Shown here in pieces: positions 1 through 11,051 of a DNA stretch of 64,000 nucleotides. The translations under genes and the position numbers were made by a program. The stretch spans positions 119,105 to 183,104 of the forward strand of contig JBHGNT010000049.1 of the NCBI GenBank assembly GCA_043228905.1. Direction: 5' to 3'. This stretch comes from Azolla caroliniana (lineage: Eukaryota > Plantae > Polypodiophyta). The notes beneath the pieces are model-generated. The model was given only the letters and a program-made list of their open reading frames with translations, was not told the origin of the DNA and did no database searches. Position 1 is the first letter of the stretch. Every line of letters starts with the position of its first letter.

Positions 1-2239
1 CGGAAACAGTCGAAGACTTCGCTCTTCCGCTCAATGAGGTAGATCCAAGTATGTCGAGTATAGTCGTCGATGAAGGAGACGAAGTATCGGCTCCCGCCAA
101 GGCTTACACTTTGTGCCGGTCCCCACAGATCCGAATGGATGAGATCGAGCTTGTTATGGCTCCAGTTCCGTTCGGTGGGGAATGGAAGCCGGTGTTGCTT
201 CCCAAGTTGGCAGGCTTCACAAATTTCAGCTCTCCGGCCGCTGAACTTCGGCAAACCGAAAACGACTTGTTTCGTTTGCAGGTCTTGAAGCCTCCGGTAG
301 TTGACATGGCCTATCCGCTTGTGCCATAGGTCGATGTCCGACTCGACCTTCTATCGTTTCGCGAACAGAGCGGTGCCAATGTTAGTGGTGTTGAGGATAA
401 ACATCCTCCCATCTCTACGGCCTTGCGCAATGACTTCGCCCTCATCCTCAATGAAGCACCCGAGGTGCGTAAACCGCACCTGCATCCCCTGGTCGACAAT
501 CTGACCGACGGACACCAGGTTCTTCGTGATCGTGGGAACGTGTAATACGTTCATCAGCTTCCCTTTCTGTCCGACGTGGCTTAGAGGGACTTCTCCGACG
601 TGCACGATTGGGTGAGGAGTGTCGTCTCCGGTTTCGACTACTCCTGGTTGATCCGGTTTCTCCAGAAAGGAGAACCACTCTTTGTGGCTCGTCATGTGGT
701 TCGACGCGCCGGAATCAACATACCACACTTCCTCCGTTTTGGAAGTGGTCTTCTTCATTGAGTTTGCCTTGTGATTCATCACCAAGGCTGGCCCCTTACC
801 GGCCTTTCCGGTTCCGGATCCTCCTGATCCGTTTGCGTAGTGCGAGTTTTGCCAGCCATCCTTACCGGTCTTGCCGGATCCGGATTTGTCCGAATCGGCA
901 CGCTTTCTCCAGCACTCGCTTTCCCTGTGGCCTTTTTTGCCACAGTACCAGCATTCCGTAGCGGATTTGTCTTGCCGGCCTCCGGCACCGCCTTGACTCC
1001 CCCTGCTTGTGGAAGTCCCGGAACTGCTGTCGGCACACTCATAGTGCCTCCGTTCCTGCTCTTGCCGGCCGCCTCCATTGCGTGCCGACCCACCTCTTCC
1101 ACCACGCCCACAGTGCCGATCCGTTCCCGTGTACAACATTCGGTTGTCCGGGGATGCACTAGTAGATGCACCGGCGTGGTTCTCCTCTACAAGGAGCATC
1201 GACTGTAAGTCAAAGAATGAGGGGGTATTCTCCCTTGTACACACCGCAGTCCGGAATGCTCCGAACTTGGACGCCAGGCCTCCGAGACATACCTGCACCA
1301 TCTCGTCTTCCTCTACGGTAACATTGATAGAGGCAAGCGAGTCGCAGATTTCCTTTATCCGGCCCGTGTAGTCTGCCACAGACATGTTCTTCTGTTGAAC
1401 ATTGCTCAACTCCTGTCTGAGTTGCAGCTTCCGGGCAATGGTGCTTGCGGCGAAAACCTTTTTCAGGTTCCCCCAAGCATCCTTTGGTGTCTTGGCGTCA
1501 CGGATGTGGCTGAGCAGCTGATCGCCGACACTGGACGCAAAGCAGTACATCACCCTGCTTGCCGCTTGTTCCCATACCGGGAAGTCCTTGTGTGTCGAGT
1601 CGGGCGCTGCATCATTCGCTCCTTCGACATAACTCCAGTACCCGTGTCCAAGCAGGTACTGGTGCATCTTGTAAGACCGGGATGCGTAGTTGCTCCTGTC
1701 GAGCTTCTCCATCGGGAGCGACGTAGCCATGCCTCTATCCATGTCTTCTACTGTGTCTGTTTTCGACTTGTTAGGGTTTTCTTCACAAGAGTAAATGTCT
1801 GCAGCAGAGGTTCTCAACCCTTGTGCTCTGATACCATGTAAACGTAAGTGTTTGCGGAAGCGTAAAACAGAGAACAACAAAGAGAGACAGAGAGGGAGAG
1901 ACAGAGAGAGCAGAACGTAATTTCAAAATTATATTAAGACTCTGTACACACACTGTGCTAAGTAGCACTGTTTATACAAGTCCTCTTGGGACTGACAGAA
2001 GTACCATGTACTTCAATGCTCACACAAGCATCTGACACTTACTACGAGACTATAGCTACCTAGTAGTCTATCCTATACTAGGCTTCCGATTGGACTTCCG
2101 GTTACGGATTGCACCCGGCCTCCACTGCTTGCCGGTTCGGTTGCTCACCGTTATACCAATCCGTTTCGCCCGATCCGTCTCGATTACCGGCTCCGGCTTA
2201 TTCAGCCGATCCGGCTTCGGTTGAGCTTGCCGCTCAACA
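1..2239 (-). mobile_element. Ty1/copia LTR retrotransposon, 5' part (5' LTR 1837-2239, PBS 1825-1836, gag-PR-IN), continuing beyond window start
   Basis: Minus-strand LTR TGTTGAG...TTTACA followed by PBS TGGTATCAGAGC. ORF has gag, CCHC knuckle (CWYCGKKGHRESEC), protease (WYVDSGASNHMT), then GAG-pre-integrase/integrase (LWHKRIGH, LIHSDLWGP, FIDDYTR). Confidence 0.95.
351..1730 (-). pseudogene. Copia gag-protease ORF, interrupted by one in-frame TAG at 351-353; integrase continues in the same frame to position 1
   Basis: ORF track 351..1880; likely start MATSLPMEKL at 1730. Manual translation past the stop gives KVESDIDLWHKRIGHVNYRRLQ...CEACQLGKQHR. Confidence 0.85.
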
Positions 2240-3959
2240 ATGTATAATCGAGGGAAGCAACGGTCACATTCTATTGGCTATAGTCTCTGTGACTATTTTA
2301 TAGATGTCGTTAAGCAAAGTTATTGGATGCCATTTTGAGATTTCATTACATTGAGCATATGATTTTGGAATCATATATATGATTCCTTTCGTCCATTCAT
2401 CGGGCATATTCCCTGTTGAGAAAATTAAATTAACTGCCCTAGTAAGAATAGGCCCCAACAAGTCCCAGTAATGCAAATAGAATACCACTCCTTTGGCATC
2501 CTTTCCAGGACACACATATTTACCCATGGATTTAGCCGATGTCCAGACTTCAGTGTCTGTAAATGGTTGAAGCAACTGGGAAGCCATTACATGAGTGACC
2601 TTTTGTTGTGTTGTTTCTAGTACAAGTTGTCTCTTATTAAGATCTTCCTCTGAGAAGGATTTAGCAGATAACAACTAATGGTAATATGTCATAGCTATGT
2701 CCTACATCTCAGAATCATCCGTTGTATAAGAACCATCAAGTCGTTTTAGGGTTTTAATAGATAGTGTTTTATACTTCTGTTTAAATTGACTGGAGAACTC
2801 TCTGTTAACCCTATCCTACTTCTGTGACCAAGAAGTTGTATTACATTGGTAGAAATACAAGCCTCTCGCATGTTTCTTTTCTTTTAAATTTCTTTTTATT
2901 TGTTGTAAATCGAGAGCAACATAGGTGAGGTTGTGTATTTTTCCAATAACTTTTGTGTTGCAGCCAATGCTCGATGCAAATTAGCAATCTGTGCATTGCA
3001 TCGATCAACTGAAGAGGCAACTATATTTATAAAGAAGCTCTTAACATCACGGATGGCATAAGTGATATCTCTGAGCAAAAAGGCATCAGAGAAGCTATAT
3101 TTAGACCAGATTTGGGCTATAGAAACTCTATGAGTTTCATCAACAAGCAATGAGGTTGGGATATGGAATTGCTTAAGGTAGGATCTTCTGGCGAATATAA
3201 TGTTTAACTTCAATGGATAACGATAAGAAGTTACCGTCCCGGCAATAATCCCCATAGATCTAGAAGCTTCCCAAAAAAAGCTACTAGCATAGAACCTATC
3301 CAATCGTGCCAAATTAGCTGCAACCACACTACCATTTGACCAGGAGAAATGAAGAGAGCCTTGCATTCAAGAAATGGAGTGAATATTCCATAGGTCCAAT
3401 AAACCAAAAGAGAAATAAAAGGAATCCCAAGCTCTAGCTTCTCGGCCTGTAATTGTACTAATTGAGCCTCCCCTTCTATCAGATGCTTCTTCAATCATGT
3501 TAAAGTCACCACCCACAAGCCAAGAATCTGCTAATCCTACGTATTCAGAAAGAGAAAACCAAAAGGAAGCTCTTTCTGAGGCTGAGTTAGAAACATATAG
3601 ATTTATAATACCAATCTTTTGAGGTCATATTTGAAGAATAAGAAACTATGCCCTTTTATTCAAAATAGTACTTGCCGAGACTATGATGGATGCCCATTGT
3701 TCTTTAATAGCCCTACATAAACCAGCTTGTCTACTATTTGGACCTATTGCTGGACCCAGAAATGTATCCATCTCCCTGGCATGATGGAACCATAACTTCG
3801 TAGCCTATGAGCGGACAAGTGATGCTCTTGCAAAAAAAGAATATCAATAGTACCAACATTAGGTGTATCTAGATTTGCTCATATAAGTCCTTTAAATCTA
3901 GGAAAGGCCTGACCCCCAAGGCCTTGCACGTTCCAGGAAAGGATATTTAACTTGTCCAT
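2240..3959 (-). mobile_element. Decayed L1-like LINE ORF2 (APE endonuclease and start of RT), interrupted by the Copia at 2239
   Basis: Starts MDKLNILSWNVQG at 3959; WLVGGDFNM, ARLDRFY, CPGKD, WHPITLLNDIYKIV; multiple stops and frameshifts. Confidence 0.85.
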
Positions 3960-4070
3960 ACTACATATGATTTGAAGATGTCACTTTCTAAGTAGAACAT
4001 CCTGACAACTCTTCTTATCGCCCTCTTGAGCGTGGATTTGTCGCTTTCTTAGCAAGTCCTTCCCTGCATA

Positions 4071-6401
4071 TGTTAGAGTGATGATCTAATGTAAGCATAT
4101 GATAAGAATATAAGATATATGAAATAAGAAAGGAGAGAGAGAAAGAAGGATGCCGATCCACCCGACCACCCTCGAGCGAAGGGATCGAGACAGACTCGAG
4201 CCTCGATCGGTGTCCCATACCACCGTCGTGGCATCAAGTCGTACTTGGTGCTGGCGCGTTCGCTACAAGAGTTGACCCACCACAACGTCAGAGTCTCGAC
4301 GTAGTCAAAAGATGATGAAATGAGGGTAGCTAGGCCTCATATTTATAGCGAGACCCAAGGCCCCCAGGCAAGTTCACACTTGGCCTAATGGGTTGTCTCA
4401 ATCCCGAGGATTAGAAGTAATCCTCCCCTTCTTTACACTCTCGTTTAACCCTCACACTTAACCACATGTATAGAATACTACGGTAAATTCTCACCACGAG
4501 ATATTATATGGTCATGCCCGTAACATACTCCCCCTCTTTAAAACATTGCACTCTTGCAATGGAAAGTTAGGGAAGTTAGTTCTAAGAGTATTTTCGCGTT
4601 CCCATGTGGCATCTTTGATAGATTTATCCATCCATTTAATTTTAAATTCTTGAATTATTTTTGTACTCAGATTTTTTGTTTTAATATCGAGAATTCTTTT
4701 TGGTACATGTGGTTTAGAAGATAATTATTCAGAAGTAACCAGAGTTTCAGTTGTAATTGTATTGTCACCAGAACCTAGAAGTTATTTTAGACGACTTACA
4801 TGAAAAACTGAATGATTTTCAACGCCGTTGGGAAGAGCGAGACGATAGGCTGATGAACCAATGCGTTTGAGGACTTGAAAATGTCCACAAAACTGTGGGA
4901 CTAACTTAGCGCACTTACACGTAGACAATGTCTTAGAATTGTGGCCACCAAGACCCTTTCCCCAAAAAGGAAACATTCGACTATAGAAATCACGTAATAA
5001 CTAATATACACATATGTATACTTATCACAAATGATCTCATTGTGGCATCGTATCCATGTAATAAGGGATGGATGTTGGATATGTGTGTCATAGGAGCGTC
5101 CTCACATGAAGTGGGTCAAGCTCTACGTTCTCAACATCATTGTGGCTATGATCGTTTCATTACGTAATGAAATCGAAGTGACCAACGGGGATGTCAACAA
5201 AAAAATTGTTATAAAAAGGATGGTGAGTATGTCATTCTCACAAAAATGTGAGGACGGCCACCAAGATCCTTTCCCCGAAAAGGAAACATTCGACTATAGA
5301 AATCACGTAATAACTAATATACACATATGTTACATACTTATCACATATATACGATCAAATACGTATACATGTGACCACATATGCATATATTAAAAAATCG
5401 TAACATCAAATAGCCAATAGTGATGTAATCGAGATACGTAATCAAGGCATATAGCCTCTACGCACACGAAACATCCAAAAATAAGGGTTAATCGTAATAC
5501 ACAATTGAGGTATTGGCCTCTTATGCATATGACACCAAACACATATCATTTACTTAGAAATCGAGGTATTAACCTTATACACATACATAACATATGTATG
5601 TGAACGTAATATGCAATTGAGGTATTAACCTCGTACGCATACGATACGAATCACATATTAAATATATGTAAAATGAGGTATTGATCTCATACACATATGA
5701 ATACATTTTATATAACGAATCCATTACCACTACAACATCATTGAATCAATAAAGAAAAAACATATTGACTATACATTATTAGATTGGGAGAAGAAAGAAT
5801 AGAAAAAAACAAGAAAGAGTTACCGAAGTTCCTTTGTTGATTGCTATCTGGATCAAGGTCGACCGCACGTCGATCGATCACCATCAATCAAGAATACAAC
5901 AAAAACCAATAAAAGAAACATTAGAAACATAAGCTCTGATACCAACTGCTACAGTGATGAACTAATGTAAGCATATGATAAGGATATAAGATATATGAAA
6001 TAAGAAAGGAGAGAGAGAAAGAAGGGTACCGATCCACCCGACCACCCTCGCGCGAAGGGATCGAGACGAACTCGATCCTCGATCAGCGTCCCATACCACC
6101 GTCGTGGGGTCGAGTCGTACCTAGTGTTGGCGCACTCGCTACATGAGTTGACCCACCACAACAACAGAGTCTCGACGTAGTCAAAAGATGATGAAACGAG
6201 GGTAGCTAGGCCTCATATTTATAGCGAGAACCAAGGCCCCCAGGCAAGTTCACATTTGGCCTAATGGGTTGTCTCAATCCTTAGGATTAAAAGTAATCCT
6301 CCCCTTCTTTACACTCTCGTTTAACCCTCACACTTATCCACGTGTATAGAATATTACGGTAAATTCTCACCACTGGATATTATATGGTCATGCCCTTAAC
6401 A
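4071..6401 (-). mobile_element. Internally deleted Ty3/gypsy (chromovirus-type) element with two LTRs (4071-4525, 5947-6401)
   Basis: Two similar ~455-bp LTRs (TG...AACA); Met PBS at 5933-5944; PPT AGAGGGGGAGTA at 4526-4537. Only coding remnant is the integrase tail plus chromodomain (FQVLKRIGSSAYRLALP...VFHVSRLK; PKRILD...FKIKWMDKSIKDATWE). Confidence 0.9.
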
Positions 6402-6800
6402 ACAGACTTATGAACCCTATGCTCTTTGACAACCTTATCCAACACTTGGCCTACTGCCATATCCTTCGAGGATCCAAAATTGAAACCATTGGCCTCTTTC
6501 TTTGTCAATAACAATTCTACTTCCATTGTTTCCTTTTTCTCATGAAGAGTTTTTCCTTTGTTGTTATCAGTTGTAGGTATAGGTGCAACTTCCTCCAATC
6601 GTTGGATAGTGACAACCACCATCTTCTGCTGCCCTTGTAGCTCTAGCTTTCCTTGCTGAGCTATTTCAATCTCCATGTCATCTTCCTTTTGTTTCAATTT
6701 ATCGAGTGAGATTGTTTTAATAGGAAAACTTCCATACCCCACTTCTTGCTCTTCCCTTCTTCATTAAACTTTGTCTAAGGAGGGTGGAGGACCCCCTTAC
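6402..6800 (-). mobile_element. Probable upstream (ORF1-region) remnant of the LINE interrupted by the gypsy element
   Basis: Charged low-complexity ORF fragment collinear with 3960-4070; positional inference only. Confidence 0.35.
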
Positions 6801-9581
6801 CAATACTAATAATTTTTGGCCTTCTAATAGCCTCACCTTTCACTTTTTTGTTAAAAAAAATAGCCATCACCCATAAAGGATTTTCTTCATAAAGTTCTCT
6901 TACTATTGTAACACCGTATAATGATGATATGTTGCAGTAGTGATCACTTTCCTTTCCTTCAATAAAAAATAACGAGTCTCATTGTACTTTTGAATATTAA
7001 TATCGTCATAGCAATATAATAGAACTTTTACATGTCCAAACATAGATTTATCCTCTCTACCAAATCAATCTCCCTCTTTGGTATCTACATTGATGTGTAA
7101 ATAAATGGTTTAGGCACCACGCAAATCACACCTTCTTTAGGTAAATTCACTTTTGGCTTACTATGACACCAACCATGCGACTTTGATCCCATTTTCTTGG
7201 GTTATTTAAAGTAGTTTCGTAACCTCTTAAAGTGAGTTCTTGAAATTTGGGTATAATGCTCGACATCGTCTGAATGATCCCCTATTGGGAGACATGGGTC
7301 GTCAATGGATCCACTCTCAAACCCTCTATTGCCCACCATCATAATGTAGCAATGAAATCTAATGACACAAACTTGTTTCTTTCTTAATGACAAAGAAGCT
7401 AAATAACCATCCATTCCAACATGTGGAAACAATGGTAGTGCATGTTTCTACAATTGATTTATTTTCGTATGTTTTAGAATGTGTGCTTGTACACATGTTA
7501 CAAAAGAGAGCATATAAAGGCAATGTTAATATTGAATGAACAAATTGCACTATGTTTTCTAGATTTCGCAAAGCTACATCTTTTTTTGTCTAACAAATGG
7601 TAATGATCACTTGCATAATGACATTCTTATGGTTTACATAATGATAGAATAACTTGGATTCACCTTATTTTTGCTCAAGCTTGACTGCCAAACTATTTAA
7701 AAACAATTGAACGGCTCGGTTCTTGCTCAAGTTGAGTCGTTGCTAAGTCCTAATTCATGGCCATAGTGTGCAATGCATCCACTCTTTCAGCCACTGAGCC
7801 GCAACTTAGGAATTTAACGTTGGGTGGTAGGTTTAACACTAACATCGTTTATTCCAATTTCTATGATTGGGAGAAAACAATCCTCACAATATGTAAGAGT
7901 ATTGCTTTCTCTCTTTTATGTGGAATACATGCCTCATGTACACCTTCCTTAGGGGTTTCATTGCATCATCTCACTAGCATACTTATGAGCTTAACAAAAC
8001 ATTTTCAATATATGATTCTATTATTCTAATCACTTCTATAAGTTTTTTAGATTAGGGTTTGGGTTAGTGTCAAATGACACATTTACTATCTTATAAATTG
8101 GACTCTCATTTAGGACACCTTTGATTGGTCTTCTTTAATGTCTCACCTCCTTGTTAATACCATTTCATTATCTATGATTATATTTATTGTTCTATTTGCT
8201 CTTCTTTAATTGGGGTTTAGTTAAGGTTAGAGTTGGCATTGTAGCTATTCAATGATAGTTGTCATTTTATACCACACATTGTTTAGTTGCATATATTGCC
8301 AAATAAAACTAATTTTGAATGATATGAAAGAATGTGATATTGAGTGGACCCGACACAACTTTTATCTAGGTAAATAAAGACTTTTGTACAAGACTATATA
8401 TCATCATTCATTTGTGGGGTTGTGCTTGTTCCTTGTGATATAGTTATTTAAAGGGAAAGGATCAAAGCATGAACAACATTGGCTAGTATTGTGTTTTAAG
8501 ATAATTGTATTGAACCTCATGACTTGTGATGGGCATATGGTCAAGCACCTGAAAATTTTGTGAAATAATCCAAATAATAAATCAACGTGGCCAAATGTGA
8601 AACTTTTGCGGTACAACAAATGGCCTTTTGCCCATCGCAAGGTTAGTAGTTACCATTTGACATTTTCAAGAACAATTTTGATCATCACCATGCAAAACAC
8701 TACTTGAAATTTGATATGGCACAAGATCATGTCTTGTGCCGCACAAAATTGGTTGAGTACCAACCAAACCATGCTTTTTCCATACTGTATGGAGCGCAAT
8801 TTGGTATTCCTTACCACCTTAGCCAAATCCGAATGTGCGGGACACCACATTGTTCAAGAACACGGTCACGTATGTTGCAACACAACATGTGTCCTATCCA
8901 AGGAGCACACCGACACACATGCGTTGTCGCAAAAGCAAGTTTGGGAACTCATATCCCGAACGTGTAGTTTGGCATGCGTATGCAAGTGTAGGTATCCGGG
9001 GAAGTGTCGAGCAAGAACATCCCTAGGAACAAATTAAACATTATAATGATTTGGGAGAGGCTCCTCTCTTTTAATTGAATGAACGAGTTTAAAAATTTTG
9101 GCTTTCATTTGGAAGGAGAATGAGGGGAAGGTGAAAAGGACAAAAAGAAAGGGGGCGATGGATCATGGTGTGAATGGGCCCAAAAGAGGCGGTTATGGGA
9201 TTTTGGGGAGCGAGACGCTGGCCGTTGGATGGACCCTCAGATCGACGGCGGGAGGAGCTTGTTTAAAGGGGGAGCGACGACGCCCGCCGTTGGATCAGGC
9301 CCAGGATCTACGGCTCAGATGGAGGCTATTTATGCCCCCCCAGGCTCCTCCTCAATAATAATGCCTTTCAATCCTGCACCCATCGTTTCCGATTTTCTTC
9401 GCGTTTTGTTTTTTGTTGTTGCTTCTTTCTGCTTTCTTCTTCTTCTTCTTCTTCTTCTTCTTCTTTTTCTTCTTCTTCATTCGCTTCTTCTGTGTATATT
9501 CTTCAGATCTCGACAACGCAGATTTCCATCGCTAGGCTCACCATTCCTTCTTGTCTTCTTTTGTCTGTTCTCTTCGAAGAT

Positions 9582-11051
9582 ATGGGACAACCTTCGCATC
9601 ACAAGCCCCCCCCGCCTCGTAACCCCGTCCTTCAGGTTTCCTCAAACTGGAGAGGAAAATCTCGCCTCAGAAACCCTAACCCTAATCCTGACCTTATCCC
9701 TAACCCTAACCTTAACCCCTCCCGCCGGCTGCCGAATAATCCTTTGCGTTCTGGTTCATGGCCTTGTGAACAAGTAATCCCTGGTTCTTCCTCATCTTCG
9801 TCTTCCTTATACCAGCCACCTCGCCTCAAAGATCTGCAATTCCAGAACAAATTGAAAGCGACGCGATTCTTCACCAACAATTCGAAGCGTTTTAATAGCA
9901 GAAGGAACGTCGCAGATGGTTCTTCTTCTGCACCAAGCTTCCATGGCGCCGTAGGCTTTCCTAACTCAGAAGTAATCTCTGCTTCTGTGCATAATAACAC
10001 GTATTCTGACTTGGTTCGTATTAGACCAGATGCCTACCCTAATTCAAAAGGAGTTTCAAAGAATTACTCTTCAAAAGGTGTTTCTAATTATGCTTCCAAA
10101 GCCATAGGCGTAGGTAGCGAGCTTCTCTCTCCTTCTGAGTTAATGGCGAGAGGAAATATCAACAATAGTAAGGGGAACGTTTCTCATTTCACAGGGAACG
10201 GCTCCTCAGCTTTCATGGTTTCTGGATCGAATTTTATCTCGCCTGCAGGAATGGTTATTGCACCTTCTACTAACTTTGCTACTAATGCCAATACTGATAT
10301 TGTTTCTGTAAGACCTCTCAATGATGCTTCAACATCTAGCAAAGGTAAAGCTAAAGCCAAGGGAAATGGTAAAGGAAACCGCAAAGGGAATGGAAAAACT
10401 CAGTATAATAAGAGAAGAAGACCTTTCAGACGATTTGCACCTATACGTGTTTCCCAAGCTCCTGCAGCTCCTCGTAACACTACCTCGTTCTTGATGAGAG
10501 CAAGGAAATCGGGAGGAATCACATCTTTTGTTTCTCCTAGCCCTGGTATGACCCCTGCCATATATGTGCAGACACCTGTTATGTCTCCTTTCCCACAGTT
10601 CACAGGTTTAGTTGATGAAGCTAATCAAGAATGGGGGGTGAATGGATATGGATCCATGAATGGATTGATTCGGCTTCGTTCCTCAGAGATGAATGGACGG
10701 GAAGATTGTGCTGATAATGACGATACCGAAAGTGAAGTAGAACAAGATGCTCAGTCTGTGCAGAAACTTGAAGAAAGACTAGATCATGATGTGAGTAGGT
10801 TTGTATTGACGTATCCAAATGATACTGATATACAGAACCTTGGACAGAACTTGTTAGAGACGAGGATGGATGATCAAGATAGCCATATCGCACACCTTGA
10901 AGAAGAGAATTTGGATCTTAAGGAGAGGTTACATGTGATGCAACAAGAAGTGGAAGATTTGAGGAGGAGAATGCAAGTTCTGGAAGGTGTAGGTGAGGAA
11001 GAAGAAGCTGATTCTACAGGGAGAATGACTGCTGACCTTTCTTGCTTATGA
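9582..11051 (+). CDS. PRL1-interacting factor A-like protein (intronless CDS, 489 aa)
   Basis: First in-frame ATG at 9582. Recognised family motifs: APRNTTSFLMRARKSGGITSFVSP, EWGVNGYGSMNGLIRLR, LDHDVSRF, DDQDSHIAHLEEENLDLKERL (coiled coil). CTT-rich 5' UTR upstream. Confidence 0.85.
   Translation: MGQPSHHKPPPPRNPVLQVSSNWRGKSRLRNPNPNPDLIPNPNLNPSRRLPNNPLRSGSWPCEQVIPGSSSSSSSLYQPPRLKDLQFQNKLKATRFFTNNSKRFNSRRNVADGSSSAPSFHGAVGFPNSEVISASVHNNTYSDLVRIRPDAYPNSKGVSKNYSSKGVSNYASKAIGVGSELLSPSELMARGNINNSKGNVSHFTGNGSSAFMVSGSNFISPAGMVIAPSTNFATNANTDIVSVRPLNDASTSSKGKAKAKGNGKGNRKGNGKTQYNKRRRPFRRFAPIRVSQAPAAPRNTTSFLMRARKSGGITSFVSPSPGMTPAIYVQTPVMSPFPQFTGLVDEANQEWGVNGYGSMNGLIRLRSSEMNGREDCADNDDTESEVEQDAQSVQKLEERLDHDVSRFVLTYPNDTDIQNLGQNLLETRMDDQDSHIAHLEEENLDLKERLHVMQQEVEDLRRRMQVLEGVGEEEEADSTGRMTADLSCL

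Noticed and set aside
351-353. In-frame TAG in the Copia polyprotein as programmed read-through
   Set aside because: It lies after the protease rather than at a gag/pol border, and the related element has a sense codon there; most simply a C-to-T nonsense mutation.
6830-9060. Possible decayed transposase or gene remnant
   Set aside because: Only short broken ORFs with no motif or termini I can identify.
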